Shown here: in pieces, positions 1-11,800 of the stretch | Numbering within the stretch: the stretch's first letter is position 1 | Layout of the letters: the number at the start of each line of letters is the position of its first letter | NCBI GenBank assembly: GCA_051047955.1 | Contig: JBPGPT010000027.1 | Coordinates: forward strand, 1 to 64,000 | Direction: 5' to 3' | From: Cystobasidiomycetes sp. EMM_F5 | Lineage: Eukaryota | DNA: 64,000 nt | Program-made: the position numbers and the translations under genes | Notes under the pieces: model-generated | Databases searched by the model: none | What the model was told of the DNA's origin: nothing | Seen by the model: only the letters and a program-made list of their open reading frames with translations

Positions 1-263
1 CCTCGTGTAGATACCTGAAACAAGAGGCACCGCAATTGTGGACTGCTTAGACTGCTCTCTGCAGTTGCTTTCATTTACGCGTCCTCTTTTTCAGTCGCAA
101 CGCTAGCTATGGCAATAAGGCTGCAGATTCCTGAGAATTCAATGAGGGAGGACAAGGCAAGGTACGACTTCTGCTGATCATTTATGCTTGACAACGCCTT
201 GTATGCAGAATGTGGCAACGATCCGACGGTCAAAGTTGGTCCAATTTGTGATTCTGAATTCAT
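1..263 (-). CDS. Hypothetical protein, 5' part only (runs off the window's left edge)
   Basis: ORF MNSESQIG...EKEDA is followed by a GTAAAT...TTTCAG intron-like segment that rejoins in frame (AYLHE). No recognisable family. Confidence 0.3.
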
Positions 264-872
264 AGCACCGTTCACACGATGGACGCGCGATCAAGGATAC
301 CAGTAATCTGTAAGGGATACCGTAATATGCATACTGTGTACTGTACTTGTTGGAGAGAGTCTGTAAAACAATCAAGTCTCTAGTTCTCCTTAGCAGATCG
401 CAGGCTGGACCGTCACTGCCGGAAGTAGTGCATCAAGTGGTAACAGGCGGCCGCAGACTCGGTGCGGTAAAAGGCGAGCAATCTTCGTGAGACGAAGTTC
501 AATCTCGCAGGCCAATAGGGGTTTGGTCGATGATGAGATATCTTACGTATATCGGCTAACAGAGTAAGATTTCGACATATATGAACCATGTTAATGGACG
601 TCATGTTAGTGAAGCCACGCGTAATGACGACACGACTCCTCAGACACCGGTCTGAGCTTTGGCACTTTGATATTGGAATTAGCAGGCACGTCAGCAGAGT
701 ATCGAATGGGTCAGCGGTTTGCAATTTTGCTGCCTCGTCAGCATTGCACACCATACTCTGTGTCTTGCAGCGAGCTCGTCAATGAGACAGAGGTTGTACA
801 GTCCTTGCACGACCCGTCGAGAGCATTGGCTGAGCCGTTTGCTCGCCGCCAATTTGGCTGCATGCGTCGACC

Positions 873-3044
873 ATGCAAGGCCAGCGCTTTGAGCTAGATC
901 TCGATGATCTGAAGAACGACTATCCTATTGCTGCGCCTTCAGCATCATCCCTCATCAGAAATGTAAAAGAGAGACCGGCAACCTCAGTTGCATCTGTCGT
1001 GAAACCGATACAAGCTACCGGCTTCCCGACAGCGAAAAGGCGGCCTGCACCACAGCAACATGATGCAAGCAGCAATGGAAAGGTGTCTCGCTTCAAGGCT
1101 GCTAGACAGGCCGCCTCAGAAGCATCACCTTTGGCTGCTGAAAGTTTGCCAGCGACATCATCACTGCAAGCTGAAATTGATGCTGAGAATGAGAAGGTAC
1201 TCGCCAACATGAATGAAGATGATATTCTTCACGACAAAGAAGAACTGATAGCTATGCTCGGTCAAGATATGGCAGACTTTCTGATTAAGCGAAATGGCCC
1301 AGCCGTTGCGGACGACATCATTATTGAGAAGCCGGCCGAGACAGCAGTCAAAGTCCCACACCGTAATGTGCGGTTCAACGAGGAAATTCAATATAGCAAT
1401 CCACCTTCCCGCTCGCCCTCTCCCAAACCCTACCGCGCCCCAATACTATTGCCTTCTTCCGATGATCCTACAATCGGTAATTGGATTGAGGATGTCTCTC
1501 AAGGCAAACTTGTCGGCACTGTGTCAGCAATTGAGCCCGATTCTGCAGCCGCCATTCGGGACCGCTACTTCCCAACGGAGCCCCTGACAACTAAACTTGA
1601 CTGGATGAATGAAGGAACCGAGGCACGTTCAGCAGACTCCAAGGGGGATGTCATCATGTTCAATCTCAGTGGACGTGTCATGCAGAAGGCCGAGACTCAC
1701 GACCATTCGAACAGCGCTGAACGCCATGCGGGACCCGGCACCGCTTTTACTGTGGCAGATTTGGTACAATTGTCGCGCTCGGCGGTGGCCAGTCAACGTT
1801 CTGCTGCATTTTCTACCTTTTTGAAGGCCATAACCACAAATCTTTTATCTGGATCAGACGAACAGGCTCGCGCGCTATTGAAGAGCTCCGATACTGTCAA
1901 CGCCATGGTAGGCGCATGCGCAACCGGCCTTACTGACAAGAATGTGGGTGTGGTCGTCCTTTCCATCGGAGTCATTTGCGCATACACCGAGTATCCCGGC
2001 GTATTGGCGAATGTCGCAGCAGCCGTTCTCACGGTTGCGCCTCCGCCCTTGTTAACGCTGGCGCGTCTGCTCGATCCCATGACAGCTCAGGCTGAGTTGC
2101 CAAGTGAATCGATTTCAGCAATACTGTCGACGTTGCATGCCCTGGTCACTATGAAGGAGGATTTTGTTGCCTCGGAAATGGTTGATACTCCGCGACTGTT
2201 GGAGAACGTTTCCAAAAGGTTTATCGAGGTTGCATGGCCGCCGAGGTCAACAGTGCCAACCAACTCCCCGACATCCCTTCCACATCCAAGGGCGCAGGAG
2301 ATTTTGAACAGCATAGCTTCGCGCAATCGAACCAATGCCGAATGTATTGTGTTGCGGAAGCTAGACCAGCCGGGTCTACGCTTCATAGCCGTACAGCCCT
2401 GGCATATCGTCGATAAAAGTACACAAGAAGCGGCCTTCGCAGCGGCGACTTGCACGCTACGTCTGCTCGCTACCCTAGCACGGTACGGCCTCGGTTGCTC
2501 GAATCTAGGCAATTCGGATGAGCTGTTCATTCGCGTGGAAAAATGGATTCAGGAAAATGTAACAGCCAACATCGACTTCAGTATGGCTTGGTTTCAGCTC
2601 TTGGTGCAGTGGACTGAGTGCGCAGCTGACCCGCACTCTACGACGCCGGAACACGACATTCTCTGGGCACAGACGCAAGACTGGGGTCTGCATTGCTGCG
2701 AGTGTTTACCGCAAACTCTCGCGCAACGTCACTTGGCCTTGTCTGCCTCAATAGTTACGGCGCTTTGTGCGTGGATGATTGGAGCGAACAGGTACAATCA
2801 AATTAAACGGACTGAAGCGGAAGATGCTCTGCGTCAGGCTCAAAATCAATTGGTAGATGCGCTGAAGCATGCAATTGATGACCCTACTGCCCCGGACAAC
2901 GTCGGCTTCATGCTTGCGATGAAGAAGCTAGCAGCCTCGACAGGGAATGTACTCGAGGAAGCAAATACCCTGCTGGAACGCGTACAGATCGAAGATGTAT
3001 CACCTCCACAGTCTACCTCCGCTGACGGTGAGGGTTGGATTTGA
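873..3044 (+). CDS. RNA polymerase II-associated protein RPAP1/Rba50 homologue
   Basis: 723-aa ORF with RPAP1-type N-terminal motifs (TGFP; EIDAENEKVLANM..DILHDKEEL), a second block (KLDWM..FNLSG..HAGPGTAFTVADLVQLSRSAVASQR) and HDILWAQ. Confidence 0.8.
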   Translation: MQGQRFELDLDDLKNDYPIAAPSASSLIRNVKERPATSVASVVKPIQATGFPTAKRRPAPQQHDASSNGKVSRFKAARQAASEASPLAAESLPATSSLQAEIDAENEKVLANMNEDDILHDKEELIAMLGQDMADFLIKRNGPAVADDIIIEKPAETAVKVPHRNVRFNEEIQYSNPPSRSPSPKPYRAPILLPSSDDPTIGNWIEDVSQGKLVGTVSAIEPDSAAAIRDRYFPTEPLTTKLDWMNEGTEARSADSKGDVIMFNLSGRVMQKAETHDHSNSAERHAGPGTAFTVADLVQLSRSAVASQRSAAFSTFLKAITTNLLSGSDEQARALLKSSDTVNAMVGACATGLTDKNVGVVVLSIGVICAYTEYPGVLANVAAAVLTVAPPPLLTLARLLDPMTAQAELPSESISAILSTLHALVTMKEDFVASEMVDTPRLLENVSKRFIEVAWPPRSTVPTNSPTSLPHPRAQEILNSIASRNRTNAECIVLRKLDQPGLRFIAVQPWHIVDKSTQEAAFAAATCTLRLLATLARYGLGCSNLGNSDELFIRVEKWIQENVTANIDFSMAWFQLLVQWTECAADPHSTTPEHDILWAQTQDWGLHCCECLPQTLAQRHLALSASIVTALCAWMIGANRYNQIKRTEAEDALRQAQNQLVDALKHAIDDPTAPDNVGFMLAMKKLAASTGNVLEEANTLLERVQIEDVSPPQSTSADGEGWI

Positions 3045-3694
3045 CCGGGAAAGAAGTCAATTGGAACATCAAATCCGTGGCCTTCTTGAAATTGTCTCGA
3101 CATGCCGCGCCATCTGGTTTGTCCTGGCATTACGTCTTGCTAGATCTTGGCAAGGTAGGAACATCGGCGACCAATGTCATCGAACAAATGTCGGCATGGT
3201 GTCAAGCCTCTGCAGTCTGAACAGAATCTGCTGTACGCGGCTTGCTACAGACTTAAAAAATGCCCACACAGTCGTTCCGAAGCCCATTCCATCAAAGACA
3301 CCAACATCGCATCAGGGCGTTTAATGCAGCGAGATAGCGTGCCTTCCCATGAGCCCAATGTTCAAGCTTTCTCCAGCGAGTCACATTATGCTATCCAATG
3401 AGGCACGTCAGAAAAGTCGCTTGAAGCGAGAGCTGAATGGTGCGTTGCAGAGTCTACCGTTAACCAAAGTCACAAGGAGTCAGTGCCTCTCAGGTCTATT
3501 GAGCAGAGCAAGTGGCGTCAGCTATTGAAACAAGTCTGTACGGAATATTCGGACACGTCATCTTGCTTGACAGCTGTTCCTGTACCCGTGTTTGCATTGC
3601 CCCTGTACTAGCATAGGCAGTCTATCACAACAATAACGCGCTCAAACTTCTACAGAAATTCCTGTGCCCAAACCAATAGTCTAGGATAAGCTTG

Positions 3695-6600
3695 TCAAAA
3701 CTGCGGTCGCCATATACTAGCTTGGGCCGCCTGCGTAGTGCGTGAAGGTTGCTGTTGCTGTGCCTTCAGCATTTGCACCCGCTGCGCGCTTTCCAGAGAA
3801 GGCCGGAGCATCTCGGCAAAGACGGGAACAAGCTTGGGAATGTGCACGAGTTCCGGCTCGGCAATCTTTGTCGCTTTCGGCCCTTTCTGTCCTTTGCCCT
3901 TCTTGCCCGGTGGACCTGCTTCTTTGGTTGGAAGCTGCACGACAAGCGTCGTTTGCGTCATGTAGGAAGAGGAAGGCACAGACAGATTCGACCCTTGCGA
4001 AGCGGTGCTTCTTGCTGTGTCAGGCAGAGTAGGCGTTCCGACCTCACTGACGGCATCCACAAAGTCATCCGACCCGATTTCAGCCTCCTCATCGCTATCT
4101 TCCTCATGCTCGGCATTGAGATCGTCAATATCGTCCGCAACACCAGATAGTGACATATTCTTGAGTACACTGTCGATGAATGCAGCATCGGTCTCTGCGT
4201 TTTGCGTGCCTCCAAAGCCAACCTGACCGGGCGAGCCAACGACGCCAGAACCGGTGACGTAGGAAGCTGCGCCCGCAATCTCGCCCTTGACCAGACGACG
4301 CCTGAGACGCTCGTGGTGTGCAATCTTGAGCGTGCGATGATAGTCGATGAGGGCATCAATCTCGCGCATGACATTTGCTCGATCCGTCCCGCCGGCGGGA
4401 AGCAGGAAATCTAGCATGATGCCTTCGGGGTTTAGGCCATCGCGGATCAGGTTGAGGAACAACTCGATCCAGTGCATCAAGCCGTCAAACAAATCCTCGC
4501 CTTTACTGTGTACCTGGTGGACAAAAGCGTAAAAGTTGCCTTCGTGCCGCTGTACCAGGTCCATGAATATGGTAACAGTTCGTTGTGGATCGACATGAGT
4601 CGTTGCCATGCTCAATTCGGCAGACTCGACCGTCTTGATCAAGTCATCTATGAACAATTGCAGATCGTACAAGGAGTTGCCAATGTTTGCCGCCTTGTAT
4701 ACTTTGGCGAGAGGTTCGTAGAATATAGTTATAATGTCCTTCAATAAGTCGGATGTGTTGCCCTATGACCAAATAAGCATCAACTTATCGTTGAACAGCA
4801 CGTATAAAGACCGCCTCACCTCAAATATCAGTTCCAGTATTTGCTCCTTATCTCGTAATCGCATATACATGCGCATAAATACATGTAGGTCCTCAAACAA
4901 CCACGCATCATCATTATCGGGGCCTTCGTCATCCTCTTCAGGATCCTCGAGCGTTGCAACCCAAGCCTGATATTCGCGGTACTTTATACTCGCACGGTGC
5001 ACCCTCTGCAGACCTTGCGGTGTCAAAGGGGGAGTAGCCTCGCCATCCCGCATAATGACTGTGAGGATATCGAGATCTTCCTTCTCCGACTCGGTCCGAT
5101 ACCGCTTTTGCACTTCTCGCGACGCTCTCACGTATCGTCGTACACGTTCGCACATGGCAGGATCGTTGATCTTGGCTTGGACTTTGAGCATGTCGTCCTT
5201 CAGTTCTCGGACTTCGCTTTCGAGACCCGAAGAAAACATGCGTTGAAGTAGACTTGCTGAGCCGAACGGTCTTGCAAGGAAGAGATCGAGTGCCGCTCGA
5301 ATCATGGCGACTGGATTTGATATCTTGAGAATTTGACGCATCATAAAGTACGGCATGAGGCCATGAACGCGTTTAAACTGTGCAAACACTGCAGAAGAGT
5401 TGTCGGAACCAACAAAGAGTTGATAGATTGTACTAGCCATCGAGATTCTCGCCCATTCCATCACTTTTTGGTATTCGACTGGCAGATTTCTCAGGTCTGG
5501 CGTTTCGCGAATCGTCCCAAACATTCGAGATAACCCATTCTTTTGTACGAGATCGTCCTTGAAGATCCGAAGATAGCGTTCTAGTTCCTTTACTCGCCCT
5601 TCGACTTCGCTGCGGAATTTATCAGTCTCGGCTTCCCGAAGCTTGTCCATCTCTTCTCGTCGTTGTGCATCAGCTTGTTCAGCCGGTGTAAGGGTGGTAG
5701 TCTCTTGCGTCAGAAACGCACGAAGGGTCGGAGAGTTTGCCACTTCTTGCATCGAAAGCAGTTGCCGGAGGTATGCTCTCAACGTCAGCCGATTCCTTTC
5801 ACGCGATAGGACAGTGGTGGGCGCAGAATCGACTCCCGGTATAGTTGGTGCAACGTCGCTTTCGGTACTATCCCGTGTGCTGGTTGATGATATTGTAGAG
5901 GCCGTCAAGGGTGTGGCAGGGGTGGCAGCAGCTGACGCGACTGCACTAGAGTCTACTCCTCGTTTGTCCTTGGCAGGCGGCGCACGGATATCAAAGTCTG
6001 GGAAATCTCGGCGTAGCTGCAGGAACGAACTAATCGTCAGCCTACCTTCGTGACGCGCGCCTGACGATAAGCACACGCACCATTTCACTGAGTGAAACAA
6101 AATCTCCATACCGCCTGCTGACAAAGATGTCGGGTGCATGCGGACGAGAAGTCCTCACTAGAAATTCTTCATGTTTCGACTTCATGCCCAATCTGCCTTT
6201 TGTGCTTGCTGTTCTCACTCCGACAACATTGACCTGAAAGACGTCTTGCTGGGGAGGTATACCCTTTGATGAACCGGGTGTCAAGGCACCTGATCCTGAA
6301 TCTTTCGGAGGGACAGGAGGAGGACTTGCAGTACCAGGCTGTGGCGCAGACTTTACATCTACAATCCGCACCACTTCTTCTCTCCCATTATTATCGCTCA
6401 GTTTGACGGCACTCGAGATGAGCAACCCAATATGCTTTTCCGCCTTTCCAGCAAGTTTGTGACGTTTAGTCTGCGTACCCGTTGCTTCCTCACGTTCTTC
6501 ATTCATTGAGATATTCCTCGCCATGAAGGACTCTATAAACGGTTGCAGCTTTCTGCTGTAGAATGTCTTGCTGTCGACTTGGGAGAGGAAGGGAAAGGTC

Positions 6601-7163
6601 ATTACAAAGTGATGAAGGAAGAATCGTAAAAAGGGCAGATCCAGTTCCTCGCCATCGTCTCCTAATCGCCTGAGATGGTTTGTAGTAGGCTGTGTGGGGT
6701 TATTGTTGTTGCTCGTTGGTGCGTCTGATTGGGATTGTGACCTTCTGACGTCAAACGGCCAACCAATGATGGAGAGTGCGTCTGGGTCTGCGAGTGCCGA
6801 CAACTCTCTCGCCAGTTGACCTCCTACGAGTTCCCGTTTGAGATAGTGTGCTCGGAGTGGGGTGAGGTTCAGATGGGTCGGTGTCTGATACTCGAGCGGT
6901 GTCGGCGGTGGATGGGGCAGCTGCGATGAGACGGGCAACGCAGACACGCCAGCGCTCTTTCCGCCAAAGAACGAGCCAGTGGGTTCCAGTGGACTCGCAG
7001 CTGGCACGACGGTCGCATAGCTCGAGGTCCTTCGAGGGACTTGACGTCGTGGTTGTGCATTGGGAGCAGCATTAGTCGACAACGACGACGAGGACATGGC
7101 TGCTCGCTGCCACTGCGGAAAGGCAGCCGGTGGTTGCTGTGCTGGCTGCTGGCCCGCCGACAT
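3695..7163 (-). CDS. PX-domain protein of the PXB/PX/DUF3818 (yeast YPR097W/Lec1-like) family; 3 exons
   Basis: Motifs LTPLRAHYLKRELV, DLPFLRFF..FPFL, FVSRRYGDF, RERNRLTLRAYLR, HGLMPYF, SLLQRMF and FYEPLAKVYKAANI. Introns near 6021-6080 and 4763-4820. Start taken at MSAGQQ. Confidence 0.88.
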
Positions 7164-7410
7164 GGCCGTCAGATTGTTCAGAGATATATCAGTCCGGGTG
7201 GTCAAAAGACGAGTGAGGGCAAGCGTATAAATAAAGATGGCCAGGTGCAAACTACTTGACAAACAGTAGGGAATGGTATTGCCTGTACACACGCTACCAC
7301 AGCTGCCGTACAGTGCAAACGGTGAGGCTATATCAAGACTAGAAAGATGCGGTGCACCTCTTCCAGTGTCTAGCTCGGATCATTGCCCTCGCTCGCTCTC
7401 TCTCGCCCGC

Positions 7411-8323
7411 CTATCGCACACGATCTCCTGTATGGGCAGCCTTCTTTGCGAGAATGGCTGTATCCAACTGTGCGCGCTCATCCATCTCTGCTGTAATCTC
7501 CTCGATGAGGGGTTGCAGATAACGCACGTCCTGTCGATTCGTACCCGATTTCCAAGCAATCAGTATTACGCATTACTGTATACCTCATGAACGCACCTGG
7601 TCGGCAGTCAGCTGCTGCTCCTTTGGCAGAGGGTGGTGCAGGACAGAGAGCTGCGACGCTACACGGAGTCGGTAGGCACGGTCATACTCTTCCCGGGGTG
7701 TGAGCCGCTTGAGGGCCTGGTGGTAAAAGAGGGTAAGAGAACGCAGAGGAGAGTACAAGGGGAGAGAGAAAGGACGGAGGAATGGAGTGGGGAAAAGAGA
7801 GAAAGAAGATTAAATGACAGTGAGAAAGAGGAACGAGTGGGGAGAGAGAAGAGAGAAGAGAGAAGGAAAGAAAAGTGACAGAGAAAGCCAAAACGTCAGC
7901 ACAATCCACAACCATGTATCCTCGCTGTCGCTCGGATACACTGCCCACAATGTATTCTCGCTATCGCTCGAATACATTGCTCTCCACCCACCTTTTGCAC
8001 CGTCTCGCTCTCCTCTATAATCAAATCGTCATACTTGAGGCCGTGCTGCCTGTACCCGCACCACTGGGCATACTTTTCCGCGATGCGCTGGATGGGCTTG
8101 TTGAATGTTCTGTTTGCGATGGGGCCAAAAACATCAGCGCCATCCGGACGACACGAGAACACTCTTGAAAAGACAGAGAGCGGCACTCGTATCCACGTAT
8201 GGCCGTGGCCTGGAACATCTCCACCGCTCTCCGCTCCGCTCCCAATCCCAGTCTTGCCCCAACCCACCTCGAGGCCCGGACCTGCTTTGCCAGCGATATG
8301 CCGAGTGGTGTCCAGTATCCCAT
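7411..8323 (-). CDS. QCR7: Cytochrome b-c1 complex subunit 7 (137 aa); exons 8323-8268, 8109-7992, 7716-7597, 7530-7411
   Basis: Spliced product MGYWTPLGISLAKQVRASRTFNKPIQRIAEKYAQWCGYRQHGLKYDDLIIEESETVQKALKRLTPREEYDRAYRLRVASQLSVLHHPLPKEQQLTADQDVRYLQPLIEEI... carries the QCR7 signature GYRxxGLxYDDL..ALxRL..YDRxYR. All junctions are GT-AG and in frame. Confidence 0.95.
7912..7979 (-). repeat. Two tandem 36-nt-period hairpin units in QCR7 intron 2
   Basis: Sense strand reads CAATGTATTC-GAGCGATAGCGA-GAATACATTG, then CAGTGTATCC-GAGCGACAGCGA-GGATACATGG. Confidence 0.85.
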
Positions 8324-8801
8324 GGCTGTGGATGAGTTGGGCGTCGTCGTTGCTGTCCGAGTTGTGCAATGCAGAGAGTCGCCCAATCTCGGTGCTCGCA
8401 AAGGGCGTGATCGGATTCGAGATTATTGTGTAACCCTCAGCTTTCAATGTCTTTTAATTTCCTTCTAATGCTTTCATTGTACAGACAGTAATGGATGCTG
8501 TGCGGTTGGGAATGTGCTGCCTGACAAATTAAAAGCAATGCCTAAACATACAAATCCAATATCATATATGGGTCTTGAAATATGGAAACCGCGGAAGCAC
8601 TCGTTAAAGCATCAATCAAGCAGCCATGTATGATATCTGCGTGATGAATGCCGTCTTCTCGTTGATTGTTATCGGACAGATTAGCCATCCATTACAAAAT
8701 ACATACCCGGCAGTCGGTGTTGTTTACTTTGTACCATTACATGGGACCTGACCATGGCTGTATGATGACCTGATGCACTGGATGACTGAGTAATAACAAC
8801 G

Positions 8802-11800
8802 ATGAGCTCCGTAGCCATGCACTACGACATTCCGACACGTACACCGTCTACGCCAGTCCAGCCTCAAACTTACAACATGGCGAGCAGTAGTGTCAATAAT
8901 AACACGAAGAGCACTCCATCCAGGCTGCAGCAAGATGTCATCGACACCTCTCACGACACTGCGTCAATGCACTCGTCGACGGCATTCATACTCGATAACG
9001 ATTCATTCTTTGAGAGCGGCAATGCTGACGATATGAGCATCAACGACAACAACGAGGCGGGTCATAATAATCACAACAATCACAACAACGCTTCCATTGC
9101 ATTGCATACCCATCCCTCGCACCCTTCACACACACCATCACCATCATCCACATCGCCCAATAAACAAACGCGATCGAATAACAACAACATCACTACTCTG
9201 TCACACATGCACAAGAGCAGTCGACGGCAGAGTCAGAGTCCACTACGACGTATAACGACGAGTATGAGCACGATCTCGACAAAGAAGACGTTGTTGACGA
9301 GTGTCCTGCGAGCAAATCTATTCAACCACCATCGTCTAGACACGCCGGAATGCTCGTTGGATGCGAGTGGAGAGATGGAGGATAGTCTGTTTGGGGATGA
9401 CGGTGAAGAGGGTATTGACGAGGAGGAGGGGTACGCGTATGCATATGCAGAGGATAGTGTGCTTCCTACACCTGCGTCAGGCTCGGATGAGGGACAGATG
9501 CAACAAGAAGAGGACGAGGAAGAGTATACTTCGTTTGACTCGGATTCGAGCGACGGAGTGAGAAGCCTGGAGCAGAGTCTGATTAGACGCGGGATTTGCA
9601 TGCCGGATGATGAATGCGAAGGCGGACGTGAAGCCGTGGAGAAGGGTGCAGACATACTGCCAATGGGTATTCAAACACTCACATCCGAACAAGGTTATCA
9701 GCAAGCGGAGAAGGGGCTACTGCCAGTGGGCATTCAACCACTCACATCCGAACAAGGTCATCAGCAAGCGGAGAAGGGGCTACTGCCCGTGGGCATTCAA
9801 CCACTCACATCCGAACAAGGTCATCAGCAAGCGGAGACGGGTGGAGGCATACTGCCAGTGGGCAATCAAACACTCACACCTGGACAAGGTCATCAGCAAG
9901 CGGAGAAGAATGGAGACATACTGCTAACGGCCCGCAATGTCCCATCTTCGACATCCAGACGCCCTAGAAAGGAAGTAGGAAACGATACATTGCATTCCGC
10001 TTGGGCGGCGATGGATATTGCAGCAACCTTGCAGGAAATGGGCTATGGTGACAATGACGGAGTGGAGGAAATGCAGCAAGGCCATCACCATGATGCTGAT
10101 GATTCCCTGTTCGACGAGCTGGAGGACGACAGTACGGATGCAGTGCGGATGGAGGAGACTGCAGCGATCAGCGATAGCGGAGTGCGTGATGCGCTTGTGA
10201 AAGATCTGAATGCGGAGATGGGTGGTATCTCTGGGAAGACGCTGGGCGAACAGACATTCACCTTCCCGCGTCTGGCATACACGCAAGCTACCGAAAAATC
10301 TGAACCAGCCTCGACGCAATCCTCGAAGTCGAGCTGTGGAAATGCGGAAATGGCCAATTCGCTCCTTGGTGAGACATATAGACTATTTGCGAAAGTGACA
10401 TGTCCGCTAATGTCATTTCAGCTGAACTATCATTGGCTCCGTATACTGAAACGTGCAACTCCGGTTGCGAAAATATAGTGGCTTGTGTGGTAGCCGAGCA
10501 GCCAGCAAAGCCAGTGCAAGACGCACGAACGGACTCTGCGCCCGACCGCAACACCACCGAAGCGGCAGGGAGGTTTGTATCTACAGAGGCGAAGGTCTCG
10601 CCACCCGTCTCCGTATCACTCGATACTCCACAGAAGCAGACTGAAGACGCCGTCCCACTCCATTCAGCGGGGGCTGCAGTGCCCGTCAGCTCAGAGAAGC
10701 CTGTCAGTGCGAACGAAACGCTCGCAATTCTACTTGAGAACCTTCTCCCTAGCAGCGAGATCCCTGCTACTCCAACTTCGTTTGCAGCCAGAATTCCGTT
10801 ACCTGCCTCCGTATTCCACGCAACGGCGGAAGCGACACCACGAAGATCACTTCGTAATACTCCAATACGCACTGCCAGGAGGACTATGCCAGTACAAAGT
10901 GTTTCGCATACGGAGATAGAGACAGGCCTTCTTCAAGCCACGCCTACACAGTTTGCTGCTGCCATACCGCTACCGGAATCAGTCTTCCCTGAACGGGTTC
11001 ATCCCGGCGTTTCACATGCTCTTCTAGAGGTCGTCGCGCATGCCCAGACACCCTCTCTAAAGCTGTCGGATGGTGTTGCACAGCTTGCTCCAACAATATG
11101 CACGCCTACTCGGATGGCTGCCTCTGTCCCGCTCCCAGCATCGGTGTTGCCTGCAAAAGCCCAAACAACTCCCAATCTTTCGCATGGGGCCATGAAGAGC
11201 ACAACGCCCTCGCAATTCTCCTCTACGGAATCAGCGAATACTTTGACATCGCACAATGTAAAGGTCAATGCTCCGCCCTTGGTGAAACGCAGAATGCCAG
11301 GTAGGAATACGCGAAGAGCAAATCAGGCAAATCAGGGGGATACCAGTGCGACTCTGCATGAGGCTGCAGCACTGAACCTCACCACCGACATTCCCATATC
11401 TGCCCAGGCAAATGCAGTGCCAGCGCGAACAACACGAGCTGCGATGGCGAGGCAGGCAAGTAGTGATATGCTGAAGGGCGCCTGCGTTGAAGTGTCTGCT
11501 GTATCGCAAAGGATAAAAGGCAAGGCACGCGAGAAAGAGGCGATATCGGAAGACTTGCCAGCCGTAGCAAACGCACAATCAGGACCAGCAGAGCCTGAAA
11601 CAGCTGCTGCGCCGCCCGTAAAGCGGAAGGGAAGGTCAGTTGCTGCGGTGAGCGCTCTGCCGCAAAGACGGTCAAGACTTCGGCTTGCCGATGGTCTAGC
11701 TGCATCAACACTTACAGCGTCCGCTGCGACAACATCTAGCGTATCTTCTACGACCTCTAGACCGGAAAGCGAGACGTCTCAAGACGTCATTGTGAAGTCT

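Noticed and set aside
7633..8447. Long ORFs around QCR7 (183 aa, 88 aa hydrophobic, 81 aa E/R-rich)
   Set aside because: They are read-throughs of QCR7 introns or antisense translations of the pyrimidine tract.
8762..8790. ATGATGA-CTGA-GGATGA-CTGA box cluster
   Set aside because: Too short to hold guide sequences.
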